Part shown: piece after piece, positions 18,162-28,157 of the stretch
Position numbering within the stretch: the first letter of the stretch is position 1
Layout: the number at the start of each line of letters is the position of its first letter
NCBI GenBank assembly: GCA_045638905.1
Contig: JAZUCE010000015.1
Location: 28,850-92,849 of the forward strand
Origin: Faecalimonas sp.
GTDB lineage: Bacteria; Bacillota; Clostridia; Lachnospirales; Lachnospiraceae
Direction: 5' to 3'
Length of the DNA stretch: 64,000 nt
The notes under the pieces: generated by a model
The model's database searches: none
The model's input: the letters and a program-made list of their open reading frames with translations, nothing else
Told to the model about the DNA's origin: nothing
Translations under genes and position numbers: made by a program

Positions 18162-19013
18162 ATGCAAAACAAACACCAACCGTCTCATGCAGACAATACT
18201 GTGGTCATACAGTATAATATGACCAATGATTACATGTTTCGTTACATCCTACAGAAGAACGAAAAAGTATTACGAGGACTCGTCTGTGCCCTACTGCACC
18301 TAAAACCAATACAATTGAAACATGTTGAAATCAAAAATCCCATGGATCTGTCCAAAAATATTACCGGTAAAGATTTTGTGCTCGACATCAAGGTTCTGCT
18401 CAATAACAACCGCCTGCTCAATCTGGAAATGCAGGTAAAAAACGAGTACAACTGGGCCGATCGTTCACTTACCTATCTGTGTCGTGCATTTGATCAACTA
18501 CAAGAAGGACAAAAATACGAAGAAACACTTCCTGTAATTCACATTGGTTTTACAGATTTCACTCTTTTTCCAGATGATCCGGAATTCTATGCCACATATC
18601 GTATGATAAACATCAACAATCATTCCCAAGTTTTTAGTGACAAATTTACCTTGTCTGTGGTAGACTTAACTCAGATAAATAAATCCACCGAGGAAGATAA
18701 ATCTTCCAAAATTGATTATTGGGCTCGACTTTTCAAAGCCCAAACCTGGGAGGAATTACAAATGTTAGCACAAAATGATGAATATTTACAAGAGGCTGCC
18801 ACTTCCATTCGTCTTGCCAACGAAACCGACATTGTTCGAGAACAATGTCGTGCCAGAGAAGATGCACTTCGCCGCGAGCGTACTCTTGAAAGGGACAAGA
18901 AAATCTTGTTACAAGAAAATCTGGCTCTACAAAATAAAAATGCTTCTCTGCAAGATGAAAATGCTTCTCTACGCAAGCAAATTGCTGAATTGCAAGGACA
19001 GAATTCAAAGTAA
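18162..19013 (+). CDS. Rpn family recombination-promoting nuclease / putative transposase (PDDEXK_2)
   Basis: NDYMFRYI, LDIKV..NLEMQ and R..YLCR motifs; AAAGGAGG RBS; C-terminal heptad repeats. Confidence 0.9.
   Translation: MQNKHQPSHADNTVVIQYNMTNDYMFRYILQKNEKVLRGLVCALLHLKPIQLKHVEIKNPMDLSKNITGKDFVLDIKVLLNNNRLLNLEMQVKNEYNWADRSLTYLCRAFDQLQEGQKYEETLPVIHIGFTDFTLFPDDPEFYATYRMININNHSQVFSDKFTLSVVDLTQINKSTEEDKSSKIDYWARLFKAQTWEELQMLAQNDEYLQEAATSIRLANETDIVREQCRAREDALRRERTLERDKKILLQENLALQNKNASLQDENASLRKQIAELQGQNSK
18937..18970 (+). repeat. 21-bp-period repeat encoding coiled-coil heptads in the Rpn tail
   Basis: aaaatgcttctct at 18937 and 18958 (LQNKNAS/LQDENAS). Confidence 0.75.
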
Positions 19014-19024
19014 GATAAATATTT

Positions 19025-19053
19025 GGATTGGCGATTTTCGCCAATCCTTTTTT
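19025..19053 (+). terminator. Rho-independent terminator after Rpn gene
   Basis: Perfect stem ggattggcga/tcgccaatcc followed by T6. Confidence 0.85.
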
Positions 19054-19066
19054 ACTGCCAAAAAAA

Positions 19067-20107
19067 CTACTTACTCTCCCATTCCGCAATTTCATCACGA
19101 ATATACTTAAGTTCCAATAACTTGACCTTCACTTCTTCCACATTCAGCAATTCCGTATTATTGGAATTAAACTCTGTCAATGGATTTCTATCCACGTCGC
19201 CTTCTTTGAAATACTTGTCGTAATTTAAATCACGCTTATCACATGGCACACGGTAGAAATCACCCATATCAATGGCATTGCCACATTCTTCATTCGTCAA
19301 AAGAGTTTCATACATCTTTTCCCCGTGACGAATACCGATTACCTTAATCTCACTATCCGCATGGAACAGTTCCTTCACAGCCTGTGCCAACACTTCGATT
19401 GTACAAGCAGGTGCCTTCTGTACCATGATATCTCCGGACTCTGCGTTTTGAAATGCAAATACAACCAATTCCACAGCCTCTTCCAAGCTCATAATAAAAC
19501 GTGTCATGGTCGGTTCTGTTACGGTTAAATCCTTTCCTTCTTTAATCTGGCTAATAAAAAGTGGAATTACAGAACCACGAGAACACATAACATTACCGTA
19601 ACGTGTACAACAGATGCTTGTCTTCTCAGGCGAAACAGTTCTTGATTTCGCAACTACTACTTTTTCCATCATTGCTTTTGAAGTTCCCATTGCATTCACC
19701 GGGTATGCTGCCTTGTCTGTAGATAAGCAAATCACCTTTTTCACTCCTGCTTCAATTGCAGCTGTCAGTACATTCTCTGTACCAAGTACATTTGTCTTCA
19801 CCGCTTCAATCGGGAAGAATTCACATGATGGCACTTGTTTTAACGCTGCCGCATGGAAAATGTAATCCACCCCATGCATTGCATTACGCACACTCTGGAT
19901 GTCACGCACATCTCCTATGTAAAATTTTAATTTATCACTATACTCAGGAAATTCCTTCTGATATAAATGACGCATATTGTCCTGCTTCAATTCATCACGC
20001 GAAAAAATGCGAATCTCCTTAATATCTGTTGTTAAAAAGCGGTCAAGTACAGCATTCCCAAATGAGCCTGTACCGCCGGTGATTAATAATGTTTTCCTAT
20101 TAAACAT
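19067..20107 (-). CDS. fnlA: CapE/FnlA UDP-GlcNAc 4,6-dehydratase/5-epimerase (copy 1)
   Basis: TGGTGSFG, AAALKQVPSCEFFP, STDKAAYP and RYGNVMCSRGS motifs. Confidence 0.95.
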   Translation of the reverse strand: MFNRKTLLITGGTGSFGNAVLDRFLTTDIKEIRIFSRDELKQDNMRHLYQKEFPEYSDKLKFYIGDVRDIQSVRNAMHGVDYIFHAAALKQVPSCEFFPIEAVKTNVLGTENVLTAAIEAGVKKVICLSTDKAAYPVNAMGTSKAMMEKVVVAKSRTVSPEKTSICCTRYGNVMCSRGSVIPLFISQIKEGKDLTVTEPTMTRFIMSLEEAVELVVFAFQNAESGDIMVQKAPACTIEVLAQAVKELFHADSEIKVIGIRHGEKMYETLLTNEECGNAIDMGDFYRVPCDKRDLNYDKYFKEGDVDRNPLTEFNSNNTELLNVEEVKVKLLELKYIRDEIAEWESK

Positions 20108-20123
20108 TTCAATTTCTCCTCAT

Positions 20124-20657
20124 TTATCTGTTTTTAATTATTTTATGGGGATTTTGTCTAATGCTCTCTTTTTTCCCAAGCAAAAAATCTTTCTCTCCAA
20201 AAGCAAACTCAGCATACTTATCCAAATACTGATTTACGTTTCCAATCACCTTCGCTGGATTACCGGCAATAATTACATCGCCTTGAAACGACTTCGAAAC
20301 TACACTCCCAGCTCCAACAACCGTTTTCTCCCCTAATGTAACTCCCGGCAATATAATTGAACGTGCTCCAATAAAACAATTGTTACCTATTACTATTTCT
20401 CCAAAAACATCGCATTTTTCCGATATTAAGCGATCAATACAATTATCATGTGTTATAAATTGAACATCATTAGAAATTGTTACATTATCTCCTATAGTTA
20501 TCAAGTAACTTTCGGGGGTGGTAATATCGGAAAAAATCGCACAATTCTCACCAATCTTAACACCATGTTGAGAAAAATATTTTCTTTTAATCTTTTCCTC
20601 TTTCACAAATTTTCCAATCAACTTACATTTTACTTTAACTAAAAGCCACCCTAACAT
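20124..20657 (-). CDS. Hexapeptide-repeat O-acyltransferase
   Basis: LbH repeats; IGARSIILPGV and IAGNPAKVI. Confidence 0.9.
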   Translation of the reverse strand: MLGWLLVKVKCKLIGKFVKEEKIKRKYFSQHGVKIGENCAIFSDITTPESYLITIGDNVTISNDVQFITHDNCIDRLISEKCDVFGEIVIGNNCFIGARSIILPGVTLGEKTVVGAGSVVSKSFQGDVIIAGNPAKVIGNVNQYLDKYAEFAFGEKDFLLGKKESIRQNPHKIIKNR

Positions 20658-20708
20658 CTATATATCCCTCTTAATTTAAACAATCTATGAAAATATTTGT
20701 CCACACAG

Positions 20709-21860
20709 CTATATGAGATTGCGTAATCGTTTTATTATAGGAATTTCATACAACCTCTCTCTAATTCGAATAGAAATAGGAGAAACTGTATACTTCTTAT
20801 ACACATAATCATACCCAACCTCTAAATAATCATCAACAAATTTCGTATTCCTTCTACCTGGTGGCAAGCCTCTCAACTGTTCGTGAGTACAATCATCCTC
20901 AGTACATATGATAGTTTCCAAATCCTTGCTCGCTTTGGAAAACCACTCTTTCCCCTTTTGAGTATTTACAACAACTACTGAAACTCCATATGGATGTTCA
21001 AATTCTTTATGTGAATTTTCAATTCCCCAAAAATCACCAAGTGTAATATCAGAAACACGTTCAAAAGATGCATAATCGCATGAATAGCAACTTTCTCTAA
21101 GGCAATAATCTCGCACAAACATACGAAAGTAGGAATTCACCAATTCCCCACTTTGTTTTGTCCCATCTTCATATGTAACCAAGGTCTTTGGCTCATGCCA
21201 ATTACCATCAGGACTGTATCGAAAATTAATATCCGCCACTACTTTCCCCTTTTCTTCTAATTTTTTTATAAAATCATCATAAAGGGCTGGTGCAGTAATA
21301 CCATGGCAAAGAATATCTACTAATATCAAATTGTCATAATCCACTTTCAAGAAAATTTTCAGCGCTGCATTTTGACACGGTGTTCCTGTAAACATAACTG
21401 TTCTTCCGGCATCTAAAAATTGTTTAACACGTACAAAAACCTGTTTGTCACACAGAGAATATGTATACTTGGAACCGCACATGGCATTTCTTTGTTCCAC
21501 TGTTTCTGCGAAATCATGTTGTACACCCATTTTTTTATTATATACAGCACCAACAACAACACCGTTTACACTTATCACTTGTTCGGACAAAGCACGAAAC
21601 ACTCCGCCTGATGAGCTTGATTTTCTGGCATCTATATTCTTGTGAGTTGCTGCAAAAATTTCCCTTTCTAAACCAACAGGGAGTTTCTTCACCTCTTCAC
21701 AGGTTTTAAGACAATAGCCACATCCTATACACTTATTTTCATCAATGTGCGGTCTCAAAAAACCAAGACTATCTTTTTTCATTGTAATGCATTCTTTAGG
21801 GCACACAGCTACACAAGCGTGACATCCCGTACAGGTTACTTGTTCCAATTTAATTTTCAT
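20709..21860 (-). CDS. FrhB/FdhB-like Fe-S protein of polysaccharide loci (2x[4Fe-4S] ferredoxin plus F420 hydrogenase beta-like domain)
   Basis: CTGCHACVAVCP, CIGCGYC, SSSGG, GTPCQ, CHG and SDITLGDFWG; start MKIKLEQ at 21860. Confidence 0.9.
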   Translation of the reverse strand: MKIKLEQVTCTGCHACVAVCPKECITMKKDSLGFLRPHIDENKCIGCGYCLKTCEEVKKLPVGLEREIFAATHKNIDARKSSSSGGVFRALSEQVISVNGVVVGAVYNKKMGVQHDFAETVEQRNAMCGSKYTYSLCDKQVFVRVKQFLDAGRTVMFTGTPCQNAALKIFLKVDYDNLILVDILCHGITAPALYDDFIKKLEEKGKVVADINFRYSPDGNWHEPKTLVTYEDGTKQSGELVNSYFRMFVRDYCLRESCYSCDYASFERVSDITLGDFWGIENSHKEFEHPYGVSVVVVNTQKGKEWFSKASKDLETIICTEDDCTHEQLRGLPPGRRNTKFVDDYLEVGYDYVYKKYTVSPISIRIRERLYEIPIIKRLRNLI

Positions 21861-21892
21861 GAATTTCACTCCCATACGCCAACCAAACAAAA

Positions 21893-22996
21893 CTACTGTT
21901 TTGGAGCAATTGCATTCTTCAGGAATTCCAAACTTTCTTCCCTCCAAAAATTCATTTTCTTTACTACTTCAACATAGTCAATAGGTGACCTTTCAATGTC
22001 ATCTCCCAAACTATATATTCTATGGGACAGCCCCAACTTTTCACTCAAAGTTTGGAACCTGTAATTCGTCCCCTCTGAATTCGCATAATTATTGGTAAAA
22101 CAATAGAATTCTTTTTGAAGAATTATAGAAAGCGCCATCCCATGAAATGAATTTGTTACAACAGCTTCTGCATTTTTTATTAAGCTCAAAAATTCGCGCG
22201 GACTAGGAGCATAGGCATTTCTCACATTTCGTCCACTAAAAGCCAATGGCAAACTCCTATTTATATTGACCACAATACCATCCATTTCGTCAGCTAACTT
22301 TTGGGCATATGTTTCCAAATGACAGGAACCAAACGAATAAACCAATACATATGGTTTTTTATATTGTGACGGCGCACACAACTCTTCCCATTGTTCTTTT
22401 TTTAGCAAGAATGTCGGGTCGCACACCTCCTGTGGTCTATTTCCAGTGAGCCTTTCCACAATGTCTGCTCCAATCGATTCCCTCACAGATAATGAAGAAA
22501 ATGCGCATAGGTTATTCTTCACCCGCTTCAAATGTGAAGCATCAATCTCCTTAACACCAAAACTTGGTGCATACCCTATCTTCTTCTTATTATTTTTTTC
22601 AAATTCAAGATAATAATTAAAGTCATCACCTGTTCCATTATAGTTAAACACCTGGTCACTTCCGGTAATAAAATGCTTATACTGTGAAGAAAGCGCCTGT
22701 AACTCTTCTGTTTTGTGGATACTTTTCCCCGACAAATTCAAGTATTCTTTTGAAAACTGTCGAAACTTTTTTATAGTTCTTGCGCGCATTGGCAAACGAT
22801 ATAAATATATCATATTATCTACCAGTGATTCATGATGCGGAAAATAAAACCTTTTTGATTCATGATTCATTTTTTTTCCGACATAGTTTATTACAGTACA
22901 TTGTTCGCCCAACCTCCTTACTGCACTTTGTAGTGCGTAAGCCTGAAGAACCGCTCCATAATTAATGGCCTTGTGAAAAGTTAAAATTCCAACCAT
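21893..22996 (-). CDS. Polysaccharide pyruvyl transferase family protein
   Basis: NYGAVLQAYAL, GSDQVFN, SVRE, DPTFLL and NSFHG motifs. Confidence 0.92.
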   Translation of the reverse strand: MVGILTFHKAINYGAVLQAYALQSAVRRLGEQCTVINYVGKKMNHESKRFYFPHHESLVDNMIYLYRLPMRARTIKKFRQFSKEYLNLSGKSIHKTEELQALSSQYKHFITGSDQVFNYNGTGDDFNYYLEFEKNNKKKIGYAPSFGVKEIDASHLKRVKNNLCAFSSLSVRESIGADIVERLTGNRPQEVCDPTFLLKKEQWEELCAPSQYKKPYVLVYSFGSCHLETYAQKLADEMDGIVVNINRSLPLAFSGRNVRNAYAPSPREFLSLIKNAEAVVTNSFHGMALSIILQKEFYCFTNNYANSEGTNYRFQTLSEKLGLSHRIYSLGDDIERSPIDYVEVVKKMNFWREESLEFLKNAIAPKQ

Positions 22997-22997
22997 A

Positions 22998-24254
22998 CTA
23001 ACCTCTATATCTAATTACGCTCTTAAGCTTGTTTTTTAATAACTTCATGTATATTTTAAACGAGTTGAATTTAATATCAAAAATCCATGCAACATTTTTG
23101 TCTTTTTTCCACTTTTCTTTGTTTTTCTCAAATTCGTTTTTTATTTTTCTCCAATGAGCAGTATGATACAAAAAATGTGAAGATAAATATTTATGTATAG
23201 CATCATAGACATGTTCATCAACCTGAAAACCATAGTTGTTCGGATTAGCCCCTGTTGCCGTTAATGACATAATGGTTCTCATGCATTTCTCACAATAATT
23301 GCAATTCTGCCCCTTTTGTGGCGTAAAACATACTCTAAGCATCATTCGTTTATCGTTTTTCTCTCCGTAAGTTGAAATCAAATTGATTTTGTCTTGCCTT
23401 GTCATATCATATCCATCATGATAACATTTTGTATTTCCCAAACATAATGCTTCGTCAATAAATGGATATGATACACAGTTTATTTTTCCTTCACTTTCTT
23501 TCGTAAATGATGCTGCAATAATACATGTTTCTATTTTTTCAGCATATGCATATGGAGCCATGAGAGACAACATACCAATAGAATGCTGTGCCCCATGCCA
23601 CCAAGAGTCCTTAAGTTGTTTTTCATAAACGTCTGTAATTTTGACACCATCATAAAAATAACGTACAGAAGAACGAATAAACTTACATGTTAACCCAAAA
23701 TATCCCGCATCCGCAGACACATCCTGTTCTGCTGCAACGATATTTTCCGTATCATCTAGTCTAACATCTGCCCCTAATATATAAAAAGGTTGTGGTTTCT
23801 TAGATAGATTATTTATCAAAGAAGCGGTAGCATCTACACCACCGGTAAAGAAAATGGTATTTCCACCATTTGGCGTGTAATCATTTTCTTCTATTCTATC
23901 CACCAATAATGTTCCCTTAAATTTTACTTTAGGGTATACCCTCTCAAATCCTTTTTTGATGTTTCCCAAACAATCATAAAATTGTTTATCTAAAACCTCT
24001 ACCTCGAGAATAGAATCGGATATCCATATTAACGGCATAATGTTCATGACAAATGGAATATTTAATATACTCTTAGGTATAGACTGTAAATCTATATCAA
24101 ACATATACTCATAGAAAAATTTATACTCTTTAGCAAACAAACACAAAAGTTCGTTTGAAATTGTATAATCAAATTCCACCTTGGTTCCTTTTACATAAGT
24201 AGAATGAAGCGATATTTTTCCATTCATGCACTGCTCTTTAATTACTTGGTTCAT
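22998..24254 (-). CDS. Hypothetical protein with PP-loop-like and Cys-cluster motifs (QueC-like)
   Basis: FFTGGVDATAS; RQDKI; VC..NCNYCEKCMRT. Confidence 0.7.
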   Translation of the reverse strand: MNQVIKEQCMNGKISLHSTYVKGTKVEFDYTISNELLCLFAKEYKFFYEYMFDIDLQSIPKSILNIPFVMNIMPLIWISDSILEVEVLDKQFYDCLGNIKKGFERVYPKVKFKGTLLVDRIEENDYTPNGGNTIFFTGGVDATASLINNLSKKPQPFYILGADVRLDDTENIVAAEQDVSADAGYFGLTCKFIRSSVRYFYDGVKITDVYEKQLKDSWWHGAQHSIGMLSLMAPYAYAEKIETCIIAASFTKESEGKINCVSYPFIDEALCLGNTKCYHDGYDMTRQDKINLISTYGEKNDKRMMLRVCFTPQKGQNCNYCEKCMRTIMSLTATGANPNNYGFQVDEHVYDAIHKYLSSHFLYHTAHWRKIKNEFEKNKEKWKKDKNVAWIFDIKFNSFKIYMKLLKNKLKSVIRYRG

Positions 24255-25785
24255 TGTTTTTTCCTACTTTTTTAAATATTTCTTTTATAAACGTTTTTTC
24301 ATATGCATTCAATGATGCTCCCCACATGATGACACCATATAACACCAAATACAAGCACACATAGACGAATATAAAAATATAGTTTGTTGCCGGCAAGATA
24401 GTCTGCACTGCACTCATTAGTATGTGAAGCAAAACAACAGTAAATAACAATGGTAAAATCATTTTCAACATTGTCATCCAAAATCTTTTAACATCAATTC
24501 CTACAGTTTTTTTGTAATATACATTAAATACTATTTGTTTTATTAACCATCCAGCCAAAAATGCGATAGCACATCCTAACAAACCAAATTGCATCGTCAT
24601 AATTACTGTTAAGATTATTTTTACTATTGAAATAAGAAGACTTATTATCGCTCTCATCTTGTGCAAATTCATTGCCTGCATAAGTGCATTAAACATCGAT
24701 TGAGCTGCTCCAATTACTTCCGTAAAAAGAATAATAACTGTCAACCAATAGGCTTCCACATATTCAACTCCAACCCACCGAATAATAAATGGTCTCCCTA
24801 TTGATAAAAAGCCACCAAAAATAAGTCCGGCAACAAGGACTTGAATTCGTCCGGTACTAATTAAAGCAGCCAATATCTCTTCTGTAAATTGCCCGCATTT
24901 CGCAATCATTTTGGTAAAACGTGGCAAATAAAAGCCAGATAATACGTTCGCGAAATTATAAGAATAAGTGTGAAACTGCATAACTATTGCATATACAGCA
25001 ACAGCATATTCTGTCATAACAATACTGATAATTACTTTATCTGAGTTCATCATCATTTGTGTTGCCAAGGAATTAATAAACACAAAAATTGTAAAAGAGA
25101 AAATCTTTTTAAACAACTCACGATTATGTCCTCTGAAAGAGAACTTTATCTTAAATCGCTTTAGACAGAAAAGCATTTGAACCAATCCAAACAACAAACT
25201 AATGGTTGTAGTGACGCAAAGCATGCCTACTGATCGATAGCCCAAATATAGCACTGCAAGCATTGAAATTGGTCCAAGTATTGTCTGCATAAGAGTAATG
25301 ATTTTAAGAAAAATGTACTGCTCATACGCAATAATAATTGCATTAAATATTTGAAAAGCAAAAGTAATTACCAAATTTAAAACAGCAATAACAAATAGTG
25401 TTTTAATAAGTTGTATACTCTCCTTTGAATAATCCACATATATATCATCCAAAAAAAAGAATAAAACTGTTGCAAAAGCCACGCATACTCCTGCAATTCC
25501 CAAATACATCTTCAAGAACATCCCGTTAACGGTTTTCTGTCCTTCTTTGTTCCCTTCAGCAATATATTTTGAATTATATCTGGTCGCCGTGGTTCCAATC
25601 CCCATTTCTGACATCTGCAAATAAGAGATTATAGACTGCACAAGAGCATACAAACCATACTCTGCTTGTCCTAAAATGCCCAGCATGATAGGAACATATA
25701 TAAAAGAAATTCCAATGCTAAGAAATTGTGTGATATATGTAATTATTGTCCCCACTCTAATATTCTTAGAACTTTGGTCTACCAT
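24238..25785 (-). CDS. Wzx-type oligosaccharide flippase (module B)
   Basis: MOP-family pattern with about 12-14 TM segments; LGQAEYGLY. Confidence 0.9.
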   Translation of the reverse strand: MVDQSSKNIRVGTIITYITQFLSIGISFIYVPIMLGILGQAEYGLYALVQSIISYLQMSEMGIGTTATRYNSKYIAEGNKEGQKTVNGMFLKMYLGIAGVCVAFATVLFFFLDDIYVDYSKESIQLIKTLFVIAVLNLVITFAFQIFNAIIIAYEQYIFLKIITLMQTILGPISMLAVLYLGYRSVGMLCVTTTISLLFGLVQMLFCLKRFKIKFSFRGHNRELFKKIFSFTIFVFINSLATQMMMNSDKVIISIVMTEYAVAVYAIVMQFHTYSYNFANVLSGFYLPRFTKMIAKCGQFTEEILAALISTGRIQVLVAGLIFGGFLSIGRPFIIRWVGVEYVEAYWLTVIILFTEVIGAAQSMFNALMQAMNLHKMRAIISLLISIVKIILTVIMTMQFGLLGCAIAFLAGWLIKQIVFNVYYKKTVGIDVKRFWMTMLKMILPLLFTVVLLHILMSAVQTILPATNYIFIFVYVCLYLVLYGVIMWGASLNAYEKTFIKEIFKKVGKNNEPSN

Positions 25786-27002
25786 TTCCCGTCCCTTTCT
25801 GTGTGTTTTTCCATGCAGAACTCAACAAACCTGCTAGCCTGCCTTATATTATTCTTTTCTTTTAAAATAAATTTCCGAGCTTGTTCCCCTTTCTCAGCTA
25901 ATTTGCATGCGGAGAACTCAAGTATTTCATCTATTTTTCTTGCCAAACTTTCAGCAGTCTCTTCCTCAGAATAATACAAATATTCATCATATTCCTTTGG
26001 AATCCCCGGAAGTTTGAACATAACTACCGGCACACCTGATAACATATATTCTGCTGTCTTTGATGGAAATGAATATCGAGTAAACTCTCCATACGATGTT
26101 CTTGGATTAACAAGAAGTGTACTCTTCATCTCTTCCTTCACAACCTCATCAACAGGAACTATTCCATGCATACGTAGATTATTCTGTATGTTGGCTCTTT
26201 TTTCTAATTCTTCACGATAATTACCATCACCATAGATATGAAACATGCAATCTGTTTTGACCTTTGTAGTTGCTTCTGCCAATATATCCAACCCAAATTG
26301 TTTATGAAGTTTTCCGGCATACAAAATTGTAGGACACCCCGCATGTTTTTCAACTAATTCTTTTGTTATGCACGACCCATCTACCAAGCACTCCATCAGC
26401 ATCCACGGTTTTTTTTGATTATTAACTGCATCATTCATAGCCTCAGTCAAAAAAATATACTTATCAAATTTGTTTAGATACTGATTACATTTTTTATTAT
26501 AAACTCGATAAAAAAAGCGTTTTAAAAATCCGTGTTCATCGCACTCATCTGCAAAATCGGGCAAATCTGTCAAAAAGCCTATTGTCTTCTTTTTATATTT
26601 TCTCCCCATCTTTATTACAGGGATAGTTCCTTCTAACAAAAGTGGATCAGCGACAATAAACGTTTCCTCTTTGTTTGTTTTAACAAGTGATTTTATTTTT
26701 GATTTTACGGCATGTTGTGCTGTTATTGTTTTAAGTATCGGATAGTTGATCACTCCTACGGAATGGTAGGTGATGTTCTCTTTTGACTCCTGATATTCTC
26801 CTACTTTCCACCCCGGATATGTGCCATGAGAAACCGGTGGTACACTAATACATTCAATCTTTATATCTTTTTGATGAGTTAATCCATTTAAAAACATATC
26901 AAAGAATTTCTGAGATGAATCTAACATAGGAATTATTCTTTTGTTACAAATCTCTTTATATTGTTTAGGCGAACAAGTCGCAGAGACAAATATTATTTTC
27001 AT
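25779..27002 (-). CDS. Glycosyltransferase family 4
   Basis: YAGKL and VNPR...YSFPSKTAEYMLSG motifs. Confidence 0.88.
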   Translation of the reverse strand: MKIIFVSATCSPKQYKEICNKRIIPMLDSSQKFFDMFLNGLTHQKDIKIECISVPPVSHGTYPGWKVGEYQESKENITYHSVGVINYPILKTITAQHAVKSKIKSLVKTNKEETFIVADPLLLEGTIPVIKMGRKYKKKTIGFLTDLPDFADECDEHGFLKRFFYRVYNKKCNQYLNKFDKYIFLTEAMNDAVNNQKKPWMLMECLVDGSCITKELVEKHAGCPTILYAGKLHKQFGLDILAEATTKVKTDCMFHIYGDGNYREELEKRANIQNNLRMHGIVPVDEVVKEEMKSTLLVNPRTSYGEFTRYSFPSKTAEYMLSGVPVVMFKLPGIPKEYDEYLYYSEEETAESLARKIDEILEFSACKLAEKGEQARKFILKEKNNIRQASRFVEFCMEKHTERDGKW

Positions 27003-27018
27003 AAATGTAAACCACCTT

Positions 27019-28149
27019 TTATGCTTTTGACATTGGTCCCTCTGAATACCGTGGCAACGGTTGCTTATCTAAAATAGCTTTCGAAAATTCATATAATCGC
27101 GTTGCTGCCACCTCCGCATTCCATAAGCGTTGTATTGTATCATAAGCTTTGTAACCAAGTTCATCACATAAAGTCTTATTATCAATACATTTCTTCACAA
27201 GTTCAAACACAGTTTTTTCGTCTGAGCTATTTTTGTACATAAAACCATTTTTCTCATGCTTAACCAAATACTTCGTTGCCCCCGCCTCTTCACAAGCAAT
27301 TACTGTACACCCACTATTCATGGCTTCGTTTAAAACAGCACCCCAGCCCTCTCTATAATCGCTGGTAAAAAGGAAAATATTTGAGTTTTCCATCTCTTCA
27401 CGTACTTTGTCTGGACTCATACTTCCCAACATTTTTACGTTTTCACTCAATCCATTTATCTGAATATAATCCGATATTTCATATTTCATTTCACCTTCAC
27501 CTACGATATCAGCTGTAAAGGTATAACCCAACTTTTTCAGTTCACTACAAACAGACAAAAAAATCTCTGGATGTTTCCACTTCAACAATCGACCAACCCA
27601 CAATAGCTTTATCAAACCTTGTTTCTTATTCTTTATTGTTTTCCTGCTTGAATAAAGCTTGGTCTGTGGAAAATACCCCCACTTCAAAGTTTTCTTTCCA
27701 AAACCCACTCGTCTACAATCCCTAGCTGTGTATGAGCTTGCGCATAGTATGTAATAAGGTTTAAAACGATGCATGGTGGTATTTTTTATTGTTCGCAAAA
27801 CATCTCCCGGGTGGGACCAAAAACCATCTTTAAAGAACCTTTCACTATATAGAAAAGTAAGTTTGTTTTCATTTAACCTACACCTTATGTATTGTTGTGG
27901 TGCAGAACCTATTATTACAACATCACTTTCATAACATATTTTCTCTGCATCTTCAAAAGTAAATTCTTCGCCAATTTCTCTATAATATGAATACGCTGAA
28001 AAATCAGAATAATATCCCATTTTCTTCCGTTCATCCGGAACTTGTTCAGTTGCTATAAAAGTGAACCTTACGTCTTGGTTCTGTATCAATGCATCACACA
28101 GTGGTATTTGGTGATGATTGAGGAAATTCGAAATAAAAGTTATCTTCAT
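27019..28149 (-). CDS. Glycosyltransferase family 4
   Basis: VGRLLKWKHP and EGWGAVLNEAM motifs. Confidence 0.9.
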   Translation of the reverse strand: MKITFISNFLNHHQIPLCDALIQNQDVRFTFIATEQVPDERKKMGYYSDFSAYSYYREIGEEFTFEDAEKICYESDVVIIGSAPQQYIRCRLNENKLTFLYSERFFKDGFWSHPGDVLRTIKNTTMHRFKPYYILCASSYTARDCRRVGFGKKTLKWGYFPQTKLYSSRKTIKNKKQGLIKLLWVGRLLKWKHPEIFLSVCSELKKLGYTFTADIVGEGEMKYEISDYIQINGLSENVKMLGSMSPDKVREEMENSNIFLFTSDYREGWGAVLNEAMNSGCTVIACEEAGATKYLVKHEKNGFMYKNSSDEKTVFELVKKCIDNKTLCDELGYKAYDTIQRLWNAEVAATRLYEFSKAILDKQPLPRYSEGPMSKA

Positions 28150-28157
28150 GATAAAAT

